This document shows, piece after piece, positions 17,357 through 26,509 of a DNA stretch of 32,000 bases. The first letter of the stretch is position 1. Each line of letters begins with the position of its first letter. This DNA comes from Candidatus Arthromitus sp. SFB-rat-Yit. Its GTDB lineage: Bacteria; Bacillota; Clostridia; Clostridiales; Clostridiaceae. Made by a program: the position numbers and the translations under genes. The notes beneath the pieces were generated by a model that did not search any database, was not told the origin of the DNA, and was given only the letters and a program-made list of their open reading frames with translations. Location of the stretch: assembly GCF_000283555.1 (NCBI RefSeq), contig NC_016012.1:960001-992000 (forward strand). The letters run 5' to 3'.

Positions 17357-19102
17357 CTATTTTCTCAAAATTATTTCGTCATAATAAAATGTTTTAAATA
17401 TGTTAACTGAATTTATTCCAAAAATTCTTCTATTATAAACATCAAATTTCTTACATTGAAACAATGGAATCACAGGCAAATCTTCTTTTAAAATTTCATA
17501 AGCTTCAATATAAAAATCCTTATTTGACTCTATATCAAAATTTCTATTGATATGCGTTAATATTTCATCTAATCTTTGATTCGAATAAAAAATATGATTA
17601 TCCATCCCCGACGTGTGAAAACTTCTATACCAACTACTACCAGAAATAAACCCATCGCTTACTAAAAATAGATCATAATCATTTTTCTTCGAAATAAAAT
17701 CAGAAATATTATAAATATCGAATTCTTCTTTAATCAATGAGATCCCAGCATTTTTCAAATCTAACTCTATTTTTGGATAAATATTCTGACATAGCTTATC
17801 ATTTTTTTGGACAAGAATTTTAAATTGTAAGGCTTTTCCATCTTTTTCAAAAATATCGTACCTATTTTTAATCCATCCTTGCTCATTCAAAACCCTAACT
17901 GCTTCTATTTTGTTAAAAGTATTTTTCACATTATCCTTGTCATAAAAAAATTTATAAAAAATCCTATCAATCGGACTATCTATAACATTTAATTTTAAGT
18001 TTGATACACTTTCCGCAATTTTATTTTTATCTATAGCCAAATTAATGGCTTTCCTAACAGGAATCTCCTTTAACGATTCATTTGAATGATTAATTCCAAT
18101 CGAAACATAGCCATATGAATCAAATATGTATCCATTTAAAAATTGAGCATTCGCTGTTTTTTCGATATTTTCATTATTGAATAAAACATCATACGCTATA
18201 TCAATATCACCTGAAATTAAATTTCTTATGTAATTTTCCTCGTCAACTTTTTTAAAAGTTAATGTTTCAATATCTGTTTTACCTTTATAATAGTTTTCAT
18301 TTGCTTTAAGAATTAAATAATTTTCATCCTCATAACCTAAAAATTTAAATACCCCATTTCCAAAAGGTCTCAAATTTCTTTCAAAAATTTCATTTGCCCT
18401 ACCCTGATAATAATATTGACCATAATACAAATAAGAAAGAGGATAAATATTTAAAAGTCCTATCGTTTGAACGCTTGGATTTTCCACAGTAACTCTAAAA
18501 TTATACTCATCTATAATTTCAATACCTTCAATAAAATCCACCGATCCACTGTTATACTCCCTCCAATTTTTAATATCCAAAGTTTCTCGATCAAAACTTC
18601 CTCTATAATTTGAATCCATCAAAAATTTATATGTAAAATCAACATCCTTCGTAGTGAGCTTCGTTCCATCTTCCCAAACTAAATCTTCTCTAAGCGAAAA
18701 AAAATAAGTCTTTCTATCCTCTGATACTGTTGGAAGTTGTTTCAAAATGTTTGGAAAAAACTCACCATCAAGCCCTGTTTTCATTAAAGGTTCCCAAATA
18801 GCATCAATCACCTGATAATCATAATTAGATTCAATTAAATAAGGATTAAAATTAAACTTGTTTAAATACTTTATCCCAACATTCAATATATCTTGCTTTA
18901 CGATAGCATTATTATTTGAAGAATTAAAATTGCTAGCACTTATGTATAATGTATCTTTATCAAATTTTCCCGATCCTTTATATATGTTATCAACTTGTAT
19001 TTTATTTCCTGTTTCTCCCTTATTAGATTTGCATGATGAAATGAAACAAAAAATCATAAATATACTCAAAATTAAATTAATTTGTCTTATAAATTTCCTC
19101 AT
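17357..19102 (-). CDS. ABC-transporter family-5 solute-binding lipoprotein (OppA/DppA/NikA-like), orphan
   Basis: 581 aa. The signal peptide plus lipobox is ILSIFMIFCFISSC. SBP_bac_5-like core (DAIWEPLMK, VWEDGTKLTTKDVDFTY). RBS GGAGGCA. No permease or ATPase genes are in the window. Confidence 0.8.
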   Translation of the reverse strand: MRKFIRQINLILSIFMIFCFISSCKSNKGETGNKIQVDNIYKGSGKFDKDTLYISASNFNSSNNNAIVKQDILNVGIKYLNKFNFNPYLIESNYDYQVIDAIWEPLMKTGLDGEFFPNILKQLPTVSEDRKTYFFSLREDLVWEDGTKLTTKDVDFTYKFLMDSNYRGSFDRETLDIKNWREYNSGSVDFIEGIEIIDEYNFRVTVENPSVQTIGLLNIYPLSYLYYGQYYYQGRANEIFERNLRPFGNGVFKFLGYEDENYLILKANENYYKGKTDIETLTFKKVDEENYIRNLISGDIDIAYDVLFNNENIEKTANAQFLNGYIFDSYGYVSIGINHSNESLKEIPVRKAINLAIDKNKIAESVSNLKLNVIDSPIDRIFYKFFYDKDNVKNTFNKIEAVRVLNEQGWIKNRYDIFEKDGKALQFKILVQKNDKLCQNIYPKIELDLKNAGISLIKEEFDIYNISDFISKKNDYDLFLVSDGFISGSSWYRSFHTSGMDNHIFYSNQRLDEILTHINRNFDIESNKDFYIEAYEILKEDLPVIPLFQCKKFDVYNRRIFGINSVNIFKTFYYDEIILRK

Positions 19103-19164
19103 TTATAAATGCCTCCACAATTTGTATTAAATATAGTATTTACAACAAAATTGTAATTTATTTA

Positions 19165-19196
19165 AAAAATAAAAAAGGAGAGGAAAAATCCTCTCC
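19165..19196 (-). terminator. Intrinsic terminator after paralog P1
   Basis: GGAGAGG (19177-19183) / CCTCTCC (19190-19196). On the minus strand it is followed by UUUUUUAUUUUUU. It lies 6 nt after the P1 stop. Confidence 0.7.
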
Positions 19197-19201
19197 AATT
19201 A

Positions 19202-22200
19202 TTAATACGCCAATCCCATAGAAGCAACATATTGTTTGAATTCTGATTCATTCATCATCTCACTAGCTATTTTTATTCTCAAATCTGCTAATGACTCTAA
19301 TTGTACTCTATACTCATCATATTTTCCTATCCAATATTTTTGTCCTTCTTCTTCTGGATCTCTTCCTACAACTATTTGGTACATCATTTTTATAAAATCT
19401 TCTTTGTTTAGATATCTATTTATGAATTCATCTTGTTTCATTAAGCCATAAATAAATTGAGTTACTGTTAATTCTTTAGATTCTAATCTTTGAACCCAGA
19501 ATTTCCATCCTTCAACCTCTGGCTGGCGTCCAAGTGAAGCAAGATAAATTTTTGATACAAATTCTGCAACTTTTCCAGTAGGTGGCTCTATTGCTGGTTT
19601 TGTTGTGAAAGTATTGATTTTATATCTAGTCAATAAACCATTCTCAAGTTTGAAAGTTATTTCTAGACTATTGTATTCAGTCATTGGTTTCAAGTCACTT
19701 AATCTTAAAGTTAATGTGCTTACATCCCAAGTAAATTTAATACTTTCATTGTTTAATGCTACGCTAGATATTTTAGATTGTGGATTTGAAAACAGTTCAA
19801 ACACGATTTCTGCTGTTGTATCTGTAGTAGTTATTGTAGTTCCTTTTACATCTACAGATGAAGCTTGAGGTGTAGTTATCTTTGCGTACTTTGATAAAGT
19901 TTGTTCTTTATTATCTTTATCTCTCCAAATGAAATCAAGTTTGTATACTGTTTCAGTTTTTGGCTCTAGATTTGTAAACTTCAACAATCCACCTTCTAAA
20001 ACCAACTCTACATTAGGATTATTCGCTGGCTTTTGGAAATCAATTCTTACAAATCTATCATTCAAATCATCAACTAACACTGGAATTTCAGCTTTTCTAG
20101 CCTCTAATGTCTTAGCATCAAATAAAGTTACATTAAATGCATCTGTTCCTGTTAACTCTGGACCTGTTTCGTTATCAAGATTTACACCTGGAACTTGATG
20201 AATACCTGTAGTTGTAAAAACTACTCCTGTGACTGCAGAAGGTGCTGTAGCTATACTAATATTAGTTATTTTATTAATCGTATTTAATACTTGTCTTGTA
20301 ACAAGCTCTCTCTTATCAATATCAACGTAGCTGAGTTCAAGAATTAAGAATCCATAATCTCTCTTCTCTGATAAATTGTAAAGAGTTAAGATGAAATATA
20401 TTTTGTCTTTTCCTTCAATTCTCTCAACCTTAAACTTCTCATCACCTTTGAGTCCATTAACAGTTAAATCTTTAATAGTTACATCACTATTATCAACTTC
20501 TATAACATACCTTAGAGCTGTTTTATCATTTTTAACAGCAGGCATTACTAACTTATTTGGAAGTTCAACATTTAATTTTGGATAGAATACCTCAACAGTA
20601 TCACTTCCAGAAACAGTTGATGTAAACATTCCACTTGTAGTATTAACATATTTCTTCTCTGGATCAAGCTCTATATAAAGTTTAGGCTCTGTAAAATTTG
20701 AAGTCCTAATAGATAAAGTATGAGTAAGCACAGTTGTTACTGTTGTAGTACCACTTATACTAGATGTCATTATTTGAGATAAAAATATAGTCTTTGTTAC
20801 ATCCTTTTCTTCTGGTTTTGCTGTTACATGTAACTTTCTAAATGTGTATGGAGTTGACCTCTCTAGTCCTGTTACATGCAGGTATCCACCCCTCTCTGGT
20901 TTATCTGTATCAATTAAAGCAACAGATGCTGGATATTTATTTAATCTATCATCTTCAACTTCCATTTTTGTTATAGTCTTATCTTTATCAAATATCTTTA
21001 ACGTATTAAATCTTACACTGTTACCATTAGTTCTCAATGCTATATTTGAAGCTGTAGTTGATATCATTTGTTCATAATCAAAATAAGTCGTATCATCAAT
21101 TGAATTAAAATCAATATTCATCGCTGAAGGTGTACTATTAGTATGCGTATATATCATTTCTGCTGCTGTTAATGTAGAATTATCTACCTTATAAGTTTCA
21201 AATAATGGTAGCTGTTTACCAGTCTTGAAGTTTGTCATACTGAATCCTTCAAGATAATTAACAACACTCTTTGTGTTAGGATCAGAGTAATAGGTAACGT
21301 TCTTATTAAGTGCAACAAACTGATAATTTGTATTTGTCTTCATTTTTTCAAATGCTTGGTAATCCTCAGGGTTCTTTATATCAAATCTAACAGCCATTCC
21401 CTCTGCATTTAGATTCATATTGGACGTTGTCGTTGTTCTAACATTATTAGTTACAGCGTTATTAACCAATGAATCTTCCGCTATAATACTTCTCAAGTAA
21501 TCCATACTATCTGGAAATATTGATTCCCCATCATAGAGTACTGTAACTTGCTTAGGAGAAATATCATCAACATCTTTAAATGTAAACATTAAGTTTGGAA
21601 TTCCACCAGTATAACTCCCAGTATTGGATTCAAATATTGCTCTAAGAGCCCTTGCTAATTGTGCTCTGTGAGTTATCTCTGGTATACCTGCTGGATGAGA
21701 AGGAGCAGATGTTGATAAATTAGTTCTAACTCCATTGATATCATCAATCATTTCATTTGCAGCTTTAATCATAAAATCTCTTAAACTAGCTGTTACAGTT
21801 GTTGGTGTTGTTCCTCCGGTAATACTTGAATCCATAAAAACAATATTCTGAGAATCAAAAGAAGATACAAGAGATACTGTTGCTAGAACATCAAGCACCT
21901 TACCAGTTAATATGAAATCTGCCTTCGCTTTCCCTTGGAAAGTATACATTCCACTTTCAACTGTAGTTTCTGTAGTTGATATTATTAAATCTACTCCACC
22001 AATTGTACTTCTAAACTGTGAAATAGTACCAGATGGCTTAGCTGTAGGATCTATCCTATTATCATTTATCGCTCTTGGAGTTAACCCATAAGTTGCTATA
22101 CGACTCATATCGGCTACAACATCAAAAGCATCTTCTGGAATTTCTTGAACATCAAATGAATCTTGAACATTATTATCGATTATTACTTCCTCTGTTACTT

Positions 22201-22642
22201 CATCTACTTTTTCATTTCCTTGATTATTTTCTCCTGATCCGGACATGGCAACTCCATCCTCTTGATTATTTTTTTGATCTTGTAAATCGTGTACGCTGTC
22301 ATCACTGCTGCTGTCAATTTGTATTTGACTGTCTTGACTGATTGTTTCGTCGACCTCAACAACTTTTTCAAAATCTTCTTGCTTTTCAAATTCCACTTCT
22401 TCAAAATCTCCTTCCTCCACTAATATTGTTTTCTCGTCATTAGTAGATTCTTGAGAGTTTTGAAATGATTGTTCATTTTCACTCGTGACCGTTTCTATAT
22501 GTTCTGATATTTGCACCTCTTCTACGCCTTCAGCTGTATTTTCACCAATTCTACTTTTATTAATTCCTCCATTAGCTTGCTCCATAATTTTGTTATAAAT
22601 TGTATTAAAATTTAAAGAATTATTATCGTTTTGGTCTTTCAT
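19202..22642 (-). CDS. Giant paralog P1: acidic Q/E/D-rich N-terminal region, four FN3/Ig-like motif modules and a C-terminal double DUF4214-like repeat; no signal peptide
   Basis: The ORF is open to 22681 (1159 aa). The ATG at 22642 has AAAGGAA 8 nt upstream. The C-terminus FVSKIYLASLGRQPEVEGWKFWVQRL...FIKMMYQIVVGRDPEEEGQKYW fits the DUF4214 signature (FV..LY...LGR.PD..G..YW) twice. No hydrophobic stretch occurs in the first ~200 aa. Confidence 0.85.
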   Translation of the reverse strand: MKDQNDNNSLNFNTIYNKIMEQANGGINKSRIGENTAEGVEEVQISEHIETVTSENEQSFQNSQESTNDEKTILVEEGDFEEVEFEKQEDFEKVVEVDETISQDSQIQIDSSSDDSVHDLQDQKNNQEDGVAMSGSGENNQGNEKVDEVTEEVIIDNNVQDSFDVQEIPEDAFDVVADMSRIATYGLTPRAINDNRIDPTAKPSGTISQFRSTIGGVDLIISTTETTVESGMYTFQGKAKADFILTGKVLDVLATVSLVSSFDSQNIVFMDSSITGGTTPTTVTASLRDFMIKAANEMIDDINGVRTNLSTSAPSHPAGIPEITHRAQLARALRAIFESNTGSYTGGIPNLMFTFKDVDDISPKQVTVLYDGESIFPDSMDYLRSIIAEDSLVNNAVTNNVRTTTTSNMNLNAEGMAVRFDIKNPEDYQAFEKMKTNTNYQFVALNKNVTYYSDPNTKSVVNYLEGFSMTNFKTGKQLPLFETYKVDNSTLTAAEMIYTHTNSTPSAMNIDFNSIDDTTYFDYEQMISTTASNIALRTNGNSVRFNTLKIFDKDKTITKMEVEDDRLNKYPASVALIDTDKPERGGYLHVTGLERSTPYTFRKLHVTAKPEEKDVTKTIFLSQIMTSSISGTTTVTTVLTHTLSIRTSNFTEPKLYIELDPEKKYVNTTSGMFTSTVSGSDTVEVFYPKLNVELPNKLVMPAVKNDKTALRYVIEVDNSDVTIKDLTVNGLKGDEKFKVERIEGKDKIYFILTLYNLSEKRDYGFLILELSYVDIDKRELVTRQVLNTINKITNISIATAPSAVTGVVFTTTGIHQVPGVNLDNETGPELTGTDAFNVTLFDAKTLEARKAEIPVLVDDLNDRFVRIDFQKPANNPNVELVLEGGLLKFTNLEPKTETVYKLDFIWRDKDNKEQTLSKYAKITTPQASSVDVKGTTITTTDTTAEIVFELFSNPQSKISSVALNNESIKFTWDVSTLTLRLSDLKPMTEYNSLEITFKLENGLLTRYKINTFTTKPAIEPPTGKVAEFVSKIYLASLGRQPEVEGWKFWVQRLESKELTVTQFIYGLMKQDEFINRYLNKEDFIKMMYQIVVGRDPEEEGQKYWIGKYDEYRVQLESLADLRIKIASEMMNESEFKQYVASMGLAY

Positions 22643-22738
22643 GAATTTTGATTCCTTTAAAATTAATTGATTCAATATCATTATTAGTTGTAAGAATAAT
22701 GTTTTATGACAAATTTAATGAACTTTATTTCACAAAAC

Positions 22739-22774
22739 AAAAAAAAATTAAAGAGTCAACAATAATTGACCCTT
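22739..22774 (-). terminator. Intrinsic terminator after the small embedded ORF
   Basis: The minus-strand RNA reads AAGGGUCAA-UUAUUG-UUGACUCUU (one G-U pair), followed by UAAUUUUUUUUU. Confidence 0.5.
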
Positions 22775-22813
22775 TTTATAAAAATTATACTATAGATGTT
22801 ACTCTATATTAAA

Positions 22814-23080
22814 TTACTCCATTACACTATCTATTAAGTTAGTTGTAACAACTTTAATATCATATCTTGTGTGTTCAATTACTTTTGATACAGATTTTGC
22901 TACTTCACTTAAAGCATCATTTGTTGCTCCTTGCTTTATACCTGAAATAGTTTTTGTAAATCTTCTTATCGTTCCATCATCCTCATCAAAATAAAAAGTT
23001 ATTACCAAATTACTTGTTAATGTTGTAGATGTTATAACTTGTGCATCCATTAAATCAATTTGTTCCATATTTTGTTCCAT
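22814..23080 (-). CDS. Small DUF1659/DUF2922-like protein embedded in the paralog array
   Basis: The ORF is open to a TTG at 23095 (93 aa). GGAG at 23093-23090 is best spaced for the ATG at 23080. The pattern LVITFYFDEDDGTIRRFTKTISGIKQGATNDALSEVAKSVSKVI..........I resembles my recollection of the ~70-aa Firmicute DUF1659/DUF2922 families. This is a weak, memory-based call. Confidence 0.5.
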   Translation of the reverse strand: MEQNMEQIDLMDAQVITSTTLTSNLVITFYFDEDDGTIRRFTKTISGIKQGATNDALSEVAKSVSKVIEHTRYDIKVVTTNLIDSVME

Positions 23081-23116
23081 ATTCATATTCTCCAAAAATA
23101 TATTACTTAAAAATAA

Positions 23117-23175
23117 TAGATGAACTCAATGCAAGGGGTTCTTCTGTGAAATACGGGTGAACTTGAGTTCATCTA
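23117..23175 (-). terminator. Long hairpin (13-bp perfect stem, 33-nt loop) between P2 and the small ORF; terminator or regulatory leader
   Basis: TAGATGAACTCAA (23117-23129) / TTGAGTTCATCTA (23163-23175). On the minus strand it is followed by UUAUUUUUAAG, then the RBS of the small ORF. It begins 51 nt after the P2 stop. Confidence 0.45.
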
Positions 23176-23226
23176 CTCTAAATAATATTATCTACAACAA
23201 AATTTATTACAAAAAATTTTAAAACT

Positions 23227-26200
23227 TTAATATATAAGTCCTATCCTACTCACTAACTCTTTAAATTCCGGCTGATCCATCATTTCTCTCGCTATCTTAA
23301 TTCTTAGCTGTGCGATAGTCGAAACTTCATTCCTATATTCAACATATTTTCCTTCCCAATATCTTTGCCCTTCCTCTTCTGCCTCTCTGTCTACTATTAA
23401 AGTGTACATTGTTGAAACAAATTTCGATTTAGTAAGTTCCCTGTCAACAAATTCTGGTTGAGTCATTAAATTCTCAGCTATAAATTCCGTAGCTGAAAGC
23501 TCTTTACTCTGAAGTTTTTCTATCCAGAAATTCCATCCTCCACCTTCAGGCTCACGTCCAAGAGCAATATTATATACTCTTCTTACAAATTCAGCTACCT
23601 CTCCTTTTGGTTTATTCTCATCGACAACCGTTTTAAAAGTTCCCAGTGGATATTCAACACTCTTTCCATTTTCTAAATTTATCCTTATAATTACGTTCGT
23701 GTATGTGTATTCTGGTTTAAGTCCTTCTAATTTTATTGTGTTTGTATCGTTATCCCATGTTGATTTAAAAACATTATTTAAATCATCATAAACTGATACA
23801 GATTTTACTTTTGATTTTGGCTCTGAATATGTGTTTAATTTAATATTTACCTTAGTTGGATCAACTACATTTATATCTGCAGATTTAATATCATAATCTG
23901 GTGTTTCTGTTGTTGTTAATCTAACATATCTTTTTATTTGATTCGCTTCTCTAGCAGTCGTATTATTACAATTAAATATTACAGTAAACATTCCACTTGT
24001 TTCTGGTTTCAAATCACTAAATTGTAATACAAAGTTGTCATAACTTACTTTTGCATCTGGATTATCGTCAGGATTTTTAACCTCGATTGAATCTATCCTA
24101 TTTTCCAAATCATCAATTAAAATTGGAACTCTTGCAACTCTTGCGTACGATGAACTAAAATTATCATTTAATGAAATTTGTACAGCTTCTTCAACTGGTA
24201 ATGGTTCACCCTCAGTTGTGTTATCATATTTAATGTTTTCACCTTTTGATGGATTTAATGTTGATAAACTTTTTCTAGCAATCTGAACATTTCCATTGCT
24301 ATCTAAATAATTTAATTCCAAAATTACAAATCCATAATCTTTATTCTTCGTCAAATTATTAAGCGTCACTATATAATAATTTTCCTTCTGCGTTTTATCT
24401 ATCATCTTTTCTACTCGGTATGTTTCAGAGTCCGTAAGACTTGTAACATTAAGATCTAAAACATTCCCTTGTTTATTATCAACTTTAAATACATATCTTA
24501 ATGCAGAATCAGAATTCTTAACAATGTTAGTATCAAGACCATTTGGAAGCTTAATCATCGAAGAATTCGTGCCAGCTAATTGAATTTTTGGTTCTGGCTC
24601 TTTTAATGTAACTACAGGTTCATAATTTTGTTTAACAGTTCCATTATCATAATAACCTAAATTCAATTCTTGAGTTGTCGTTCTTCCATTCATATCTGAT
24701 GTTATAAATAATTTTGTAAACACATATGGCGTACTACTCTTAAGCCCATTTACCTCAATTGAAAAAGTATCCGTATTCTCCAAAGTCAAACTACAATTAT
24801 ATCTATAACCTTGATCATCCTGAATCTCAACTCTTGATATACTTCTATCAGTATCTTTGAAAGTTATATTTCTAAATCTTATAGAATTTGTTGTAATAAA
24901 AATATCTTGCTCACTTGTCCCATATGATTTCATATCCAAATAAACGCCATCTTTAAATTGAGTGACATACATATCATTTTTAGCAGTACCTTGTAAATTT
25001 TGTGAAGTCGTTTCATATAAATTAGATTTTCCTGCATTTTTAGATACAAATAACGCTGGAGCTTTTCCAGTTTTACAGTTACTCAATCCCGTTAAAGTCA
25101 ACTTAACATCATCACCAACAGTTATATCTCGATTCACTTCCTGTTCCTCTAAAGCATTCAAAGTATAAACCGTATTAGTACGAAGCTTATCTCCAATTGT
25201 GTTTTCATTCTCATTTCTAATTACAATTCTTAAAGCAACATCACTAGCTCTTATTTCACCTTCTGAACTCATGCTTGATAAATCAATAATATTTTTAATA
25301 TACTTTTCTTTATCTGGTGCAAAGTCCGAACTCATCTTAACTTTTTTCACACCACCATTACCATCAAATGATAATTGTGCATTCATATCATCTAAAATTT
25401 TAGAAAGAGCATCACGAAGTTTTTTCCTCTCTACAGTTTCATTTGAATTTTTCTTCGCTTCCTCATATGCTTTAATAATTAAATCTCCAAGAGTGCCTTC
25501 ATCATAATTTCTTATTACATAAGTTGAAATTTTAACTTCTTGTTCTGTATCTTCTTGCTCTGCATCATCTTTTTCCGTAGTGTCTTCTTCTGTATCAGTA
25601 TTATCATCCTCTACAGAATCATCATCACCTGTAGTTCCATCTTCTCCAGGTTTTGAAGGTTCTGAAGGTTCTTCAGGTGATGGAGTAGTTTCTGATGGTG
25701 GTTGTGGTTGAGAGGTTTCTCCATTTTCTTCATTTTCATCTCCTGCTTCACCTTGACCAGGGTTTGATCCAGCATTGTCGCTTCCACTTCCATCTTGTAC
25801 ACCATCTTCAGTTTCGCCCCCTTCTACCTCATCTCCATCTTCTTCTGAACCTTGGTCACCATTTGGCTTATCGCTATCACCTTCACCTTCTGAAGGTTTA
25901 TCCACTTCTTCACCTTCTGAATTTTCTGGAGGTGTTGTTTCAATCACTTTTTTATTTAATATTTCACCTGATAATTTTAAACTCAACTCTATTGTTCCAT
26001 AAGGTGTGTATGATTCTCCAGAACCAAGCAATTCAGAACTACCTAAGCTCTTAATAATTTGAACTTGGCTTTGATTTGTTTTATCTGGTTGTGATGGTTG
26101 TTCAGGACTATTCTCAACATTAGGTGGTTCTGTACCATTTGATGGTGGAGTTACTGGTGTAGTCGACGGATCTTGAACACTATCCCCCTCACTACTACTT

Positions 26201-26445
26201 TCATCTTGATCTACAGAACTGTCGTCTGTTGTTGGGGCATCAACTACAACATCTCCATCTCTCAAACTTGAATTTAAATATGCATAAATCAATTTATTAT
26301 CTTCACCCGTTTCAACAGCCGCACGATCCAAAGCCATTGTAACTTCCATATTTTTTTTCATATTATAAGGCATAAGATGTCCTGAAAAAATATTTGATGT
26401 AATAAACATCACAACTAACATAAAGCTAACTTTCCTCTTATTCAT
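23227..26445 (-). CDS. Giant paralog P2: signal peptide, P/S/T/D/E-rich N-terminal region with a large acidic insertion, four FN3/Ig-like motif modules and a C-terminal double DUF4214-like repeat
   Basis: 1072 aa. RBS AGGGAGGG lies 7 nt upstream. The N-terminus is MNKRKVSFMLVVMFITSNIF. The C-terminus is FVRRVYNIALGREPEGGGWNFWIEKL...FVSTMYTLIVDREAEEEGQRYW. Confidence 0.85.
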   Translation of the reverse strand: MNKRKVSFMLVVMFITSNIFSGHLMPYNMKKNMEVTMALDRAAVETGEDNKLIYAYLNSSLRDGDVVVDAPTTDDSSVDQDESSSEGDSVQDPSTTPVTPPSNGTEPPNVENSPEQPSQPDKTNQSQVQIIKSLGSSELLGSGESYTPYGTIELSLKLSGEILNKKVIETTPPENSEGEEVDKPSEGEGDSDKPNGDQGSEEDGDEVEGGETEDGVQDGSGSDNAGSNPGQGEAGDENEENGETSQPQPPSETTPSPEEPSEPSKPGEDGTTGDDDSVEDDNTDTEEDTTEKDDAEQEDTEQEVKISTYVIRNYDEGTLGDLIIKAYEEAKKNSNETVERKKLRDALSKILDDMNAQLSFDGNGGVKKVKMSSDFAPDKEKYIKNIIDLSSMSSEGEIRASDVALRIVIRNENENTIGDKLRTNTVYTLNALEEQEVNRDITVGDDVKLTLTGLSNCKTGKAPALFVSKNAGKSNLYETTSQNLQGTAKNDMYVTQFKDGVYLDMKSYGTSEQDIFITTNSIRFRNITFKDTDRSISRVEIQDDQGYRYNCSLTLENTDTFSIEVNGLKSSTPYVFTKLFITSDMNGRTTTQELNLGYYDNGTVKQNYEPVVTLKEPEPKIQLAGTNSSMIKLPNGLDTNIVKNSDSALRYVFKVDNKQGNVLDLNVTSLTDSETYRVEKMIDKTQKENYYIVTLNNLTKNKDYGFVILELNYLDSNGNVQIARKSLSTLNPSKGENIKYDNTTEGEPLPVEEAVQISLNDNFSSSYARVARVPILIDDLENRIDSIEVKNPDDNPDAKVSYDNFVLQFSDLKPETSGMFTVIFNCNNTTAREANQIKRYVRLTTTETPDYDIKSADINVVDPTKVNIKLNTYSEPKSKVKSVSVYDDLNNVFKSTWDNDTNTIKLEGLKPEYTYTNVIIRINLENGKSVEYPLGTFKTVVDENKPKGEVAEFVRRVYNIALGREPEGGGWNFWIEKLQSKELSATEFIAENLMTQPEFVDRELTKSKFVSTMYTLIVDREAEEEGQRYWEGKYVEYRNEVSTIAQLRIKIAREMMDQPEFKELVSRIGLIY
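25537..25938 (-). repeat. Low-complexity acidic D/E/G/P/S/T-rich coding segment specific to P2
   Basis: P2 residues ~170-303 (TPPENSEGEEVDKPSEGEGDSDKPNGDQGSEEDGDEVEGGETEDG...EEPSEPSKPGEDG...EKDDAEQEDTEQE). All other frames are also open here, which produces spurious ORFs. Confidence 0.8.
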
Positions 26446-26464
26446 TTCAAAACCCTCCCTAGTA

Positions 26465-26502
26465 TAAAAAAAGAGATGGCAGATAAGCCATCTCTCTTTT
26501 TT
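26465..26502 (-). terminator. Intrinsic terminator between P3 and P2
   Basis: AGAGATGGC (26472-26480) / GCCATCTCT (26487-26495), flanked by an A-run and a T-run, so there is a U-tract on both strands. It lies 8 nt after the P3 stop. Confidence 0.7.
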
Positions 26503-26509
26503 GAAATGA

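Noticed and set aside
18858-22404. Short ORFs within P1 and the SBP gene (plus strand: 18858-19130, 19236-19451, 19605-19868, 19929-20198, 20391-20585, 20844-21077, 22075-22341; minus strand: 22204-22404).
   Set aside because: All are shadow ORFs opposite, or out of frame with, the long minus-strand genes, with S/L/F/N-rich nonsense-like translations. The long-frame proteins are supported by paralog conservation.
24962-26054. ORFs within P2 (24962-25168 +, 25199-25507 +, 25611-25805 -, 25695-26054 +, 25775-26002 +), including H/L-rich and P/S-rich products.
   Set aside because: They arise because the GA/CT-biased acidic low-complexity segment leaves every frame open. Only the P2 frame continues into conserved domains.
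26351-26358. The T8/A8 homopolymer near the 5' end of P2 (encoding NMKKNM) as a slipped-strand phase-variation switch.
   Set aside because: A/T runs of this length occur throughout this AT-rich window, for example in terminators and lysine codons. There is no evidence of length heterogeneity from a single sequence. It is worth a glance in population data but is not supported here.
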